Assembly (NCBI RefSeq): GCF_006345805.1
Contig: NC_043012.1
Span: 6,572,001-6,636,000, forward strand
Length of the DNA: 64,000 bases
DNA from: Octopus sinensis
Taxonomy: Eukaryota
Reading direction: 5' to 3'
The position numbers and the translations under genes are program-made. How positions within the stretch are numbered: position 1 is the first letter of the stretch; every line of letters begins with the position of its first letter. A model generated the notes under the pieces. That model ran no database searches and had not been told where the DNA came from. It saw only the letters and a program-made list of their open reading frames with translations. Shown here piece by piece: positions 13,908 through 26,345 of the stretch.

Positions 13908-14913
13908 GCAAATATTTGGAGTCAGTGCATGTGCAGACTGGTATATTTTGTTTAAAGTATGTATACTCATACAAATAATTGCATGCCTGGATATGTGCAT
14001 ATGTACTTATATACTAAACTTTTGGAAAGTTTTGCATATTTTGACAGTTCCATCAATGGGTTATACCTGTAATAATCTAAATAGTTTTCTCCTTTCTGGT
14101 TTTGAGAAACGTAATTTCTCAAGATTGGTACTAAGGCAGTTTGTTACATTTAGAATTGATCCAATAATTACAGGTATAAATTTGAACTTTGAGTGTATGT
14201 ATGTACATATTTATGTATGTATATGCATGTATGTATGTATGTATGTATGTATGTATGTATGTATGTATGCATACACGCATCAATGTACGCATCTATGTAC
14301 ATCTATGTACAAGTTTGATTGATGAAAAAATAAATAGAATTCAATATACGAGTCATCATCATCATCATCATCGTTTAACGTCCGGTTTCCATGCTGGCAT
14401 AGGTTGGATCTGGCAGTGTTTCTACAGCTGGATGCCCTTCCTAATGCCAACCACTCTGAGAGTGTAGTGGGTGCTTTTTACGTGCCACTGGCACAGGCAC
14501 CAGATGAGGCCAGAAATGAGCACAATCAGCTGGTGCTTTTTATGTGCCACCAGCATGGAAGCCAGTCAAGGTGGCACTGGCATTGGCCACATTCGGATGG
14601 TCTTTTACGTGCCACTGGCAAGGTGATCACAACTACAATTTTCATTTGATTTGGATGTACTTGACTCAATAGGTCTCCTCAAACACGGCATGTCACCCTA
14701 TGAGCCAAGGTACTTTTGAGTGGGCTGGTTATGTGACACTGGTGTAGGTTACAGCTGTAAACTCACTTTATTTGCCGGGTCTTCTCAGTTGCAGCATATC
14801 TCCAGAGGTCTCGGTTTTTTGTCATTGCCTCTGTGAGGCCCAATGTTTGAAGGTCATGCTTCACCACTCATCCCATGTCTTCATGGATCTCCCTGTACCC
14901 TGGACTCCCAAAC

Positions 14914-14952
<39 letters not shown>

Positions 14953-16299
14953 GCAAGAATGAAATCCAGTTTAACCCACAGATCCGACACAGGGGATGGG
15001 TTTATTTTAGACTTGCTACGAGGTAAGATCACATATATTGTCTTTACACTGTGTCTCAGGGGGCAACTCTTTCCATATATTCTTTCACTGTTTAGATTCA
15101 TGTTGCAGTCCGGAGTCTCATTTTGTTCAGAGAATGGATGGTGTATATATATATATATATATATATTATAACAAGTAAAGTAGCTAGATAGAAAATCTAA
15201 GTGATGAAAGTAGCAATTATACTGAGAAGTATAATTACTACTGTTACATACTGCAATATATATACCAGGGCAGATTGCATAAATAACCAGCTAGAGGAGG
15301 TTCCTCTTGGAGTTAAAAATGGTAGTAAAAGATGGTAGTCAAAAAAGGTAGTAAAAATGGCCCAACCTTCCAAGTTCTTTTATAGAGCTTAGAAAAACTG
15401 AAGGATCGTTTCAATAAGTGTGTGGGTCTGAGAGGGGAAGATGTTGGATAAAATCATAATTAACTGATTGTCCTGTATTTTCTTTTACCCAAAGCCAGGA
15501 ACTTTTCAGCACCCCTCATATATATGTATGTATGTGTGTATATACACATACACACACACACACATATATATATGCACACACATACATACACACATACTCA
15601 CATACATTCATCGGACACACTGCCACCCAGACATACACACAGACACACTCACACATCCACACACATACATACTTACGCGCATACTCGCAGGCACGCGCAC
15701 ATACGCACTTACGCCGGCTCGCGCTGCATACGCGCCGCATACACCTCGCCCTTGGACCTGACGAGACCTCCCGCCCGTTCCTGGGACCGTCGCGTGTCGC
15801 TGGGTTTTCCCACGCCTGTCTCCGCGGTACCACTCTTCCATCTTCCCCTCAGCTGGAGTCCTTTTTCCTTAACCCCCCCCCTTTTTCGTTACACACACGC
15901 GCACACATATACACACCTTGCCTATATATATACATCACTCTTACACACATTCAATCTACTCGCCATTAATACCACCACGACACAGGACACACACACACAC
16001 TACTACTCAACACACGCTGGCACGCTACATACGCCCCCACCCCTTCCCCTCCCTCCCTTCCTCCTTCCTTCTTTTTCTTACTACTGACCTCCCTTCCTCT
16101 TCCTTCTTTTTCTTACTACTGACCTCGTCTGCTAGCTGACCACTAGTCTCGCCCTACCCACACGCCTACACACAGACGCACACACTAACACACATATTTT
16201 TTTGTTTTTCATCTCGCCTCACACACACACATACACACACGCACACGCACACACTCACACATACACACACATCTGTTGGGTTACCAACCTTGTCTCCAC

Positions 16300-16520
16300 T
16301 CTTTTGCCTTTAAAAACCCACTTTGCTCTTGTTATCGTCAACATCCGCCTTTCACCATGTGCAACTCGTAAACACCAGTCGTCTTTTTCTCTTTCCTGTT
16401 GCCCGCCTGGGATCTTTCTTCCTCTCTCTTCTTCTTTATGTTTCCGACGAAGAGCTCCGCTCGAAACGTCATACCTCCCGCTTCCATCTCCTGAGCGCCT
16501 ATTAATAATAATACTGTAAT
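16300..16520 (+). repeat. Probable Penelope terminal repeat with a degenerate minimal hammerhead motif (16444-16470)
   Basis: CCGACGA-A-GAGC-TCC-GCTC-GAAAC-GTC. Related copies lie at 48880-48906 (+) and 46580-46607 (-). The Penelope assignment is inferred from the known PLE-hammerhead association. Confidence 0.5.
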
Positions 16521-16559
16521 TGTTCCTGTTGTTGTTGTTTTTTGTTTCCCTTTTGGATT

Positions 16560-16562
16560 AAA

Positions 16563-16593
<31 letters not shown>

Positions 16594-16632
16594 CATACAC
16601 ATATATATTATATAAATACACTACATACATAC

Positions 16633-16671
<39 letters not shown>

Positions 16672-16701
16672 TACATACACACATACATACATATGTATAT
16701 A

Positions 16702-16735
<34 letters not shown>

Positions 16736-17066
16736 CACACACACATACATATTACATACACACAGGCACATACATACACACATGCACTTACATACATACA
16801 TACATACACACATGCACTTACATACACACATACATACATACATATGTATAATATATATATGTATGTATATGTGTGTGTGTGTATGTATATATATATACAC
16901 ACACACACACATACATATTATATACACACATGTACATACATACACACATGCACATACATACATACATACATACACACATACATACATACACAGATACACA
17001 CATACATGCATACATACATACACACATACATACCTACACAGATACACACATACATACACACACACT
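16560..17066. repeat. Compound (TA)/(CA)/(TACA) microsatellite block
   Basis: Direct inspection. Similar blocks at 19335-19530, 26990-27320, 31060-31430, 34960-35390, 40460-41010, 43320-43800, 48990-49310 and 58670-59020. Confidence 0.95.
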
Positions 17067-17394
17067 ACTGTTATTAATTGCCTTCCTCTCCTCAACCTCC
17101 CTCGCTTCATAAAACAACATATTGTGGCATATTTCATGACGTATTTTATATTTCTGATAATTTCTTTCTCTTATTTTCCTTTCTTTATTAAGGTTCCATG
17201 TCAAGGATCTTAAACCAAATGTGACAAGACTGCACGAAGAAAGCATGGGGCTGGGTGTGAAAGGGTAAGGAACAAGGGACTTCTTCAAGCTGATATGAAG
17301 AGAGGTGGGTGAGAATGGTATTGAAGAGAGAGAGAGGTAGAAACCGGTGAGGGAAGAGGAGCATGTGAAGACAGGAAGATGGAAAGGTAGAAAG

Positions 17395-17464
17395 AAGGAG
17401 GAGGAGGAGGAGAGAAGAAGAAGAAGAAGAAGAAGAAGAAGAAGAAGAAGAAGAAGAAAAAGAA

Positions 17465-17510
<46 letters not shown>

Positions 17511-17520
17511 GTGGTGATGA
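17395..17520. repeat. (GAG)n-(GAA)n-(GAT)n trinucleotide run
   Basis: Direct inspection. Also (AAT)n at 25355-25431, (GTT/GGT/GAT)n at 25615-25690, (TAG)n at 47295-47349 and (CAC)-rich sequence at 55575-55715. Confidence 0.95.
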
Positions 17521-19429
17521 TCAAAAAGAAAGAGAATAAAAATAAGGTGATATAAAAAGGAGAGGAGGAAAAAGAAAATGTCGAGAAGGAAGATGAAGAA
17601 GAATGTACGATCTTTCTGAGTTTGATGATGTGTTACATGACAGAGTGATGAAAATAATGACTGGTGAATAGTGAATAGCTTGATTTGTTCTGAAACCATC
17701 AATCAAAGTCATTTTTGGACAAGATTTATAAAAATAAAAAAAAATTGGCAGGAAACACAGTCTTTTTTCAACACATCTACATACTTACATACATACATAC
17801 ATAAATATATATATATGTATATATGTTTGTATATGTATGCATACACTTGCATGTGCATTTTAATGAAACCCTAACATGGGCATGGTTCTTAGCTTTGGTT
17901 ACATGTTTATGAGATAAAGATACAAGAGAACACCGTAAAAAGTAACGGTGGTAATGACTTCAGAGAAATGAAAGTAGCAATTACAAATATAAAACAAAAA
18001 AAGGGAAAAAAACAAAATCTGCAGATGAATATTCTAGAAACTAAAATAGTGATTGCATCATACATCATCATCATCATCATCATTATATGTATAAATATAT
18101 ATCTTCATGTATATACATATGTGTGTGCGTGTGCATGTGAGTGTGTGTGCATGTGAGTGTGTGTGTGAGTATAGATTTATTTACTCACATTCATACGCAC
18201 ATATATAAAAAGACAGATATTTCTGTATATATATATATATATTGTTTTTATTTACTTGTTTCAGTCAGTTGACTGTGGCCATGCTGGAGCACTGCCTTTA
18301 AAGTAAGACCTGTGTCTTTTAAATATATATATATATATATGTAAAAAATATTTAAAAAAAAATTTCTTGATACTTCTATAATTTTTCTCAAAAAAATAGC
18401 ACATTAACTCACACCTGATGAAAGGAGTTTTTTGTGTAAGTGCCTTTTGCTGTTTTCAATTTTTTAAACATGTGTTATGAGGTAATTCATATGGAAGTAA
18501 TTGTTCAACATATATACTAGCAGCTAAGCCTGGTTTCACCTGGTCTGTTTGGATGATGTGGCTGTGATCATTGTCGGTTAGGCATAATCTATAACAGCGT
18601 TTCTCAACCTTATCATTTCGAGTCCCCTGTTTCGATTGGAGACTCCAGCTGTATGAAAATTTCCTGACTCCCCACCCCTTCTCAGAAAACAGCTTCAGGA
18701 GTTGTGAAGAAGTAATTTGTACATAGTCTGTTTCTGAGAACTGTTGTATTGGACCTCTGTCCAATCATTAAAACATTGATTTAATTATGAACATACAAAG
18801 AAATTATACATTAATCCCTTTTCTTGTAAGCAGTTGTATCCATAAAAATTTTATTTGCAGAGAGCAGAAATTGAAAGAAGATATATGAAATGGATGTGTG
18901 TGCATGTGTGTATGTTTTCTGCTAATTTGGCAGGAGTTTTGCAGTTAGCACAAGGAGGTTTGTGTTTATCTCTCGAGTTGAATTGTTGTTAATTTGTCTG
19001 TAATAGCAATGCCTGGACAAGTCGAAATATCTTTGCTTTTTACTCCTTCGCCTGCAGTAAAATGAGCCAGGAGCCCTTCTCAGGTAAGTTGAAGTAACAA
19101 TAAGAATATTCTGATAAGTTTTAACTTCAGTTTATATTTTATATGTTAACAGACAGTGTGTTTATAGTTAATAAAGTATACTAACACAGGTGCCTCCCTC
19201 CTAACTTTCAGAAAAATTGATATTTTTTAATGAAATTTTCAACAAATACATTTCAGATAGTTTGAATTTCGATTATATCGGAATTTGTCATGAAAAACAT
19301 TTCCGTGGCTGTGGAGAAAAGTTTTGGAAATTTTACACACACACACACTCACACGTGTGTATATATATATACATACATATATACACACACATACACGTGT
19401 AATATACATACATACATACATACATATAC

Positions 19430-19460
<31 letters not shown>

Positions 19461-20931
19461 TACACGTGTAATATATATACATACATACATATATATACAT
19501 ATATACATGCACATACACGTGTAATATATATCATCATCATCATCATCATCGTTTAACGTCCTATATATATATATATAGTGTTTGAGGGGCTGTGTAAGAC
19601 AGAAAGTGTGGTGTGTATGTAATGGAGAGAGAGAGAGATAACTGAAATTTTTTTATTTACTTTTTGTAGTGAGTGAATGTATGAGTGATTGACAGAGAAA
19701 AAGATAGAGAAAGAGAGGTTATGTATGTGTGAATGGCTTCAGTGACATACGCACACATACAAAAACATGTACATACAGCTATTTCATACATGTTCATGTG
19801 TGTGTGTATTTCCTTTTTTAGTGAGTGAATGTGTGATTGATTGACAAAAGAGAGAGAGAGAGAGGTTATGTATGCATGTATGTGTGAATGGCTTCAGTGA
19901 CACACAGAAACATACTTACGTACTCCTATTATATGCATGTTCATGTGCATGTGAGGGAGAGAGAGAGAAGATTTTTTTTTTGTTTTTGCTTGTTGTTATA
20001 CATAGCAGACCGTTACATAAACATACATGCAAACAACAAGCAAAAGCAGAAATCATACTTTCTCTCTCTCTCTCTTTTCTCTGTCAATCACTCACACATT
20101 CACTCACTACAAAAAGTAAATAAAAAATTTCAGTTATCACTCTCTCACAATCACGCACACGCACACACACACCAGCACCATTGATCTCGCTGTCTCTTCA
20201 CAGACACTGACAAAACTTCACATACACACAACACTTTCTTCTCACACAGCCCATCACATACACACACTTAAATTCTTCCGCTTCATGCTGACTTCAAAAG
20301 GTAGTCCCCTCTTCTAATTCGAATGAGAAATTGTAACTAAAGATTAAGATTATTAACCCCACAAAGAGGTGAAAGAAGAGAGACAGCATAGCGAAGGTTT
20401 TGGCTGACTGTCATCCTGTACTCCCCTTGTTGCTAGCGAAATGGTATATGCCAGTTGTGTGAGCACCTGGTTGTTTAATGGCAGAACAAACAGGGGAATT
20501 CCATTAGAAAAAGTTTTAATTGATTTTCTCGGTAAGTATGAGGGGCTAGGAAAAAAATACAAACTGCATTCCAATCTATGCACCCGTCTCCACATGTGTG
20601 CCATTTTTCACGCGAATCCTCCCAGCCATTTGGCTGTGAACCTCAAGACAAGAAAGAATACAATGATTGCCCATGTCCAATTTATATTATGCATATATGT
20701 GTGTGTGTGTGTGTGTGTGTGTTTATTTATTATCATTTAGCATCCGCTTTTCCATACTTGGTGGTTGGTATTAGGAGGTGTGACAGTTATAGAAACCATA
20801 CTAAAGTTGATATTGGGGTCCAATGCAGCCCTGCAATATGCTGGGTCCTGACAAACTATCCAACCATGACAGTATGAAAAATGGAAAATATAGAATGATG
20901 GTGATGATGATGATGATGAGGAGGAGGAGGA

Positions 20932-20964
<33 letters not shown>

Positions 20965-20967
<3 letters not shown>

Positions 20968-21270
20968 TTTTATTCTTTTACTTGTTTCAGACTGTGGCCA
21001 TGCTGGAGCACTGCCTTTAGTTGAACAAATCGATCCCTTGACTTATTCTTTGTAAGTTTAGAACTTATTCTATTGTTCTCCCTTTGCTGAACCGCAAAGT
21101 TATAGGGACGTAAACACATCAACATTGCTTGTCAAGTGACGGTGTGGAAACAAACACACACTCATATATATATATATATATATATATATAGTAGAAGACA
21201 CTTGCCCAAGGTGCCATGCAGTAAGACTGAACCCCAAACCATGTGGTTGGGAAACAAGCTTCTTACCACA
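20965..21270 (-). mobile_element. Dominant SINE copy, internally deleted
   Basis: Tail and head segments are recognisable. Confidence 0.75.
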
Positions 21271-22259
21271 CAACATAATCCCTATTACCTGTTTATATGG
21301 AGGGAACCTGTGGCAGGAAGATATAGGACAAGGTGGTAAAGTCTAATCTTTGAACATTGGGCCTCACAAAGGCAATGAGTTGTGACTGAGGCCTTTGGCA
21401 ATAAGCTGTAATTGAGAAGACCCATCAAGCCAAGTGAAATTGTGGTCATGGCTAATGCCAGTGTCACATAAGTGGCACATAAGAAGCATGTTTTGAGCAT
21501 TGGGCCTCATGGAGGCAATGACAAAAGACTGCGACCTTTTGCTGTATGCCATACTTAAGTAGGAAACCTATCAAGCCAACTGAAATTGTAGTCATGGCAG
21601 ATACTGGTGGCACCTGTGTTGGTGGTACCTATATTGGTAGCAACTGTGCTGGTGGTATGTAAAAGCACCCATTACACTCTTGGAGTGGTCAGCATTAGGA
21701 AAGAGATCCAGCCATAGAAACCAAGTGAAATCTGACTGAAGTCTGGTGCAGCCTGCTAGCTCCGGTCAAACTGTCCAACCTATGCCAGCATGGACGATGG
21801 ACGTTAAATGATGATGATTATGATGATGATGATATATATATGTATGTATGTATAACCCACACCACTGGAAGTGTATCAGCTACACTGACTACATATGTGT
21901 GTATAATACACATACACATGATAGTAGAAGATTAATAAAGAGATTTGATTTGATTCTTATCTGATTCTATCCCAAACTAAGTTCTATTATGGAACAGAAT
22001 ATCTTTGGGTTGACTGTTCCATCAGGGTGCCAGACAAATGGTATATTGTGGCGGCGGTGGCAGGAGTTTTATGATGGTGTTTACTGTAGTAGTGGTGATG
22101 GTTATAGTGATGATGGTTGTTGCGATGATAGTGGTGGTGGTGATGGTGGTAAGTAGTGATGGATGTGGTGATTATTGGCGAAAGGAGGAAAGCAGTGGAG
22201 AGAAACTAATTTGAGAAGGAGAGTAATAGAGTGAGAAGAGAATTGTAGAAAGAACCAGC

Positions 22260-22305
<46 letters not shown>

Positions 22306-22964
22306 AATAGGGAAAGAATGAGAGGGAAAGTGATTTGATAAATCTGGCTTATTGAATAAACCATAAAATAGATTTCCTCCTGACCTTCCAGGAAGCATGG
22401 AAGAAGACATTTAATGAAATTACGTTCTCCTAGTCCCTAATCAATGGCCATTACATTCTCAAATATTATAAGGTTTTCTGGGGCACTAACTTACCCCACT
22501 CTTTTTTTTGTCTTCTTTTTACATCTTAGGGAGTTGGGAGGGAAACTGTTAAAATGGAGAACCACATAAAAAAAAAACCCTTCTTATTTTTGTATTCTGT
22601 CCATTTTTTTGTTTGTACTATAGGTTAATCATGGGATGTGAAAATAGAGACCCTATCTCAGATAAAGAATCTCATAAACAAAAACAGCCTTTTTTTAGCT
22701 GGATTCTGTCCATTTTTGTTTTACCATAAGTTAATCATGGAAGAAGAAAATAGGAACCATGTCCCTTTCAGGTCATCCCGAGTTCAACTGATGTGTTTGA
22801 TGATGATGACCAGTATGAACATCTGTCAGTTAACAAGAAAAGTTGGGTGAGAAGTTTGTGACCCAAGTTCAATCCCTCTTCATGCCTCTTTGATGTGTTC
22901 TACACACCACTGCAAATATATATACAACACAGTACCATACACACTTCAGCTGTATGTGTATATA

Positions 22965-23018
<54 letters not shown>

Positions 23019-23560
23019 AATATATAGGCGCAGGCATGGCTGTGTGGTAAGAAGCTTGCTTCCCAACCACAGGGTTCTAGGTTCATTCCCACTGTGTGGC
23101 ACCTTGGCCAAGATTCTTTCACTATAGTCTCAGGCCAACCAAAGACTTGTGAGTGGATTTGGCAGATGGAAACTGAAAGAAGCCTGTTGTATATATATGT
23201 ATATAAAAAAAAGTGTTGAATGGTACAACAATGCACTGTAATACAGACAATGGTCTGTGTATACCTGTTGTAATTTAGTCATCCATAGTCTTATATGATA
23301 TTTCAGAATAATATTCCTTCCTCAGATATTCTTAGATGGAGTCACTGCTATGATCGGTTTTCTAACGGCTTTTCTTTTTCATTTTGTGGAAGCGTCTCAG
23401 CAGTGGTCTTACGAAGCTCCTTCCAGAATTCCTCATGAGAAATGTGTGAGGTCGGCCATGTCTCAATCTCATGTGTACTGGTACATCCTTAGCACTGCTT
23501 CTAAGTTACATATTATTCATGCAGCTTCCTTTTTTTCCTTCTTTTTCTCTCTTTTTTTTG

Positions 23561-23905
23561 TTATAAACTACAGATGAGCATATTATCAAAAATGAACCTA
23601 CACGCATCCAGATGTATCTGAATAATGTATTGATTACCAACTTCCAGCCTGTTGTTAATTTGGGGCCCTAGTCTGTGTATGAGTATAACTTCCTTAAGTC
23701 TTAAATTGCCCAAATTTCTTTCATTGGCCTCAGTTGTGACTGTTATGCTTTTGTCAGTGTTCCAGCATCTGTCTAGAGGTTTTCTGAAGGAGGAAGCTCT
23801 CGTGTGCAGATGTTCTTTGATGCAGACGTGTAACGGTCTTGTTGTGCTACCCACATAGAACTTGTTGCATTTGTTACATTGTATTCTATACACAACATTA
23901 ACCAA
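23561..23905 (-). pseudogene. Penelope-like element GIY-YIG endonuclease fragment
   Basis: NVVYRIQCNKCNKFYVGSTTRPLHVCIKEH...LKEVILIHRLGPQINNR matches the PLE GIY-YIG pattern VVY-x-I-x-C-x2-C-x3-YVG-x-T-x-R...EH. Confidence 0.85.
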
Positions 23906-24005
23906 TACATGAAACTAGTAAACCATTAGAGAACACACGCACACACTTTGAGGGGCACGCAATTTTGATGCTTGCTCTGGGTGCCATTTACTCTAGCTAC
24001 ACCCT

Positions 24006-24055
<50 letters not shown>

Positions 24056-25038
24056 ATGGGTTTCTTTCAGTTTCCACTTACCAAATCCACTCATAAAGCA
24101 TAAGGCTTTGGTCAGACTGAGGCCATAGTAGAAGACACTTGCCTATGGTGCCATGCAGTGGGGCTGAACCTGGAGCTATGTGGTTGGGAATCAAGATTCT
24201 TACCACACAGCCATGACCATACACCTGTTCATCATCTTTGGATTAATTATTTAACAGAAGGAAAAAGAAAGAACTTTTCTTGTTTTTTCAATAAACACTC
24301 AAAATTAATAGAAATATGTCTGAGGAATTAGTTTTCTTCTATTTATATTCAAGCACAGACATGGGTGTATGGTTGAGAAGCTCATTTTTCAATCACATGG
24401 TTTCAGGTTCAATTCCACTGTCTGGCATTTGCGTGCCTTCTGCTATGGCTAGTGAGTGAATTCGGTAGACGGAAAATATGCGGAAGAAGTCTGTCATATA
24501 CGTGTGTGTGTGTGTCTTTGTCCTCCATGACTGCTTGACAACTGGTGTTGGTTTGTTTATGTACAAATATCATTAGCAGTTCAGCAAAGAAGATCAATAT
24601 CATAAGTACCAGACTTCAAGAATAAGTGTTCATCATCATCATCCTCATCATCATCATCATTTAACATCCGCTTTCCATGCTGGCATAGGTTGGACGGTTT
24701 GACTGAGGACTGGCAAGCCAGATGGCTACACCAGGCTCCAATCTGGTCTGGCAGAGTTTCTATGGCTGGAGGCCCTTCCTAATGCCAACCACTCTGAGAG
24801 TGTAGTGGGTGCTTTTACGTGCCACTAGCATGAGGGCCAGTCAGGCGGTACTGGCAATGGCCATGCTCAAATGGTGTTTTTTTACATCCCACCAGCAGAG
24901 GAGCCAGTCCAGTGGCACTGGCACCTGTAAAATTTGTTTGACTAAAATTCTTCTAGACGGTGCCCCAACATGGCTGCAGTCCAATGACTGAAACACGTAC
25001 AAGATAAAAAAGATGTAAAAAAACATAATAATACTCAC

Positions 25039-25305
25039 AATAGATATTTAACTGTTTGGTAACCGTCTTCTTCCATTTGTGAAACATGGCAGTGCATACA
25101 CAGTCCGTTCCGTGCAAATGTCGAGTGAGAAAGAAAAATAATGCACATGCTTGTTTGCCTGAGCTGTTCACACCACCACATGTGAGTTGTACTCTTGGAG
25201 CTGGTTGGGATCCAATCCAGCTGCATGCTACTGTTAATGTAGTATTTTCTGTTTCTGGTCTATCCGTTTCAAACCCTTCTATTAGGATGTTACCCCGTGG
25301 AATAT
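25039..25305 (-). CDS. Internal coding exon A3 (short Ig-like domain with a fifth Cys)
   Basis: Acceptor ttttgtgtcctatttttttttccAG and donor GTGAGT. 267 nt, phase 1/1: YIPRGNILIEGFETDRPETENTTLTVACSWIGSQPAPRVQLTCGGVNSSGKQACALFFFLTRHLHGTDCVCTAMFHKWKKTVTKQLNIY. Same C28/W30/P35/C43/C69/C71 register as A1 and A2. Membership of the same transcript across the 27-kb gap is inferred. Confidence 0.87.
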
Positions 25306-25356
25306 CTGGAAAAAAAATAGGACACAAAAATGATTTGATAATAATGATCATAATAA

Positions 25357-25435
<79 letters not shown>

Positions 25436-25624
25436 GCCCAGATTCAGTACCAGACAGTGACTCTCATGGCTTCTGATCTTAACTGATTGGAAGTGTTATC
25501 ATGTACATCATTTTGTCTTGGTAACAGCAAATATCCCGCTCAATACGGCAGACATGCTTGTCAGTTGTTTGACCTTAACCAGTTGAGCATGTCCCTTAGT
25601 GGTTGACGATATGTGTTGTTGTTG

Positions 25625-25656
<32 letters not shown>

Positions 25657-25689
25657 GGTGGTGATGATGATGATGATGATGATGATGAT

Positions 25690-26345
25690 AGGCAATCTAA
25701 AAGAATGCACTGAAGCTGTGGTGTGCAGCACCCATGAGCAGGCTCTCCAAACTAACTCCATTAAGCATCATGTTGACAAAATGAAAGAATCACCATTATG
25801 TAGAATGTGTGGAACAAAAGGAGAAAGGTCAGCTATTTTGCAAGTGAACATGCTAAGTTGGCACAGCAAAAGAACAAATGATGACATGATAATGTTGCCA
25901 GATATATCCACTGGATGACACCTGAGAAATATGGGTTTGCCAGAGCAGCTAAATGGTATGAGCAGAAACCAGAACGGGTGTTAGAGAATGACAAATTTAA
26001 GCCTTTGTTGGACTTCACCATTCCATGTGATGGAATGACTGAGACAAGAAGGCCAGACATTGTTGTTATCAACGAGAAAGAAAGTGGTCCAAATTATTGA
26101 TATCTCTATTCCAGGAGATAGAGTGAAAAATAAAGAACATGAAGGGGTGAAGAAGAATAAGTCACTGAAGGAGGAGGATGGAAGGTTGTGGGGGATGAAG
26201 AAGATTTTAGCGATTCCTGTGGTGATAGGAGCATTGGGATGCTTATTGGACAATTTCAAAGACAGTGTAAATAAAGCTGAGATTAATGCAAAGTCAAACA
26301 AAAACACTTTTTGGTAAAACAAGGATTTTAATGAAAGTCTTGTCT
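25690..26345 (+). pseudogene. Restriction-like-endonuclease LINE (R2 group, R4/NeSL-like) C-terminal fragment
   Basis: Frameshifted pieces: EQALQTNSIKHHVDK..SPLCRMCG (CCHC region), KWYEQKPERVLEND, RRPDIVVI, IIDISIPGD, LWGMKKILAIPVVIGALG. These correspond to the PD-(D/E)xK RLE domain. Confidence 0.8.

Noticed and set aside
15755-15800. CTGACGA heptamer in the CpG-rich patch as a possible hammerhead core
   Set aside because: No GAAA or closing stem II follows.
16502-17213. Long ORFs (211-223 aa) rich in Y/I/H/T/C/V/M, and similar ones at 40504-41166, 43270-43833 and 58557-59095
   Set aside because: They are translations of (TA)n, (CA)n and (TACA)n microsatellites with no protein signal.
17034-17702. 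222-aa ORF with poly-His, poly-Leu and poly-Ser, hydrophobic enough to mimic a transmembrane segment
   Set aside because: It is made of (GAT)n, (GAA)n and (GAG)n trinucleotide runs, with no splice signals bounding it.
18456-18764. 102-aa minus-strand ORF in non-microsatellite sequence
   Set aside because: It has no motif or clear splice sites, and it overlaps a hAT-like terminus (CAGCGTTTCTCAACC), suggesting repeat origin.
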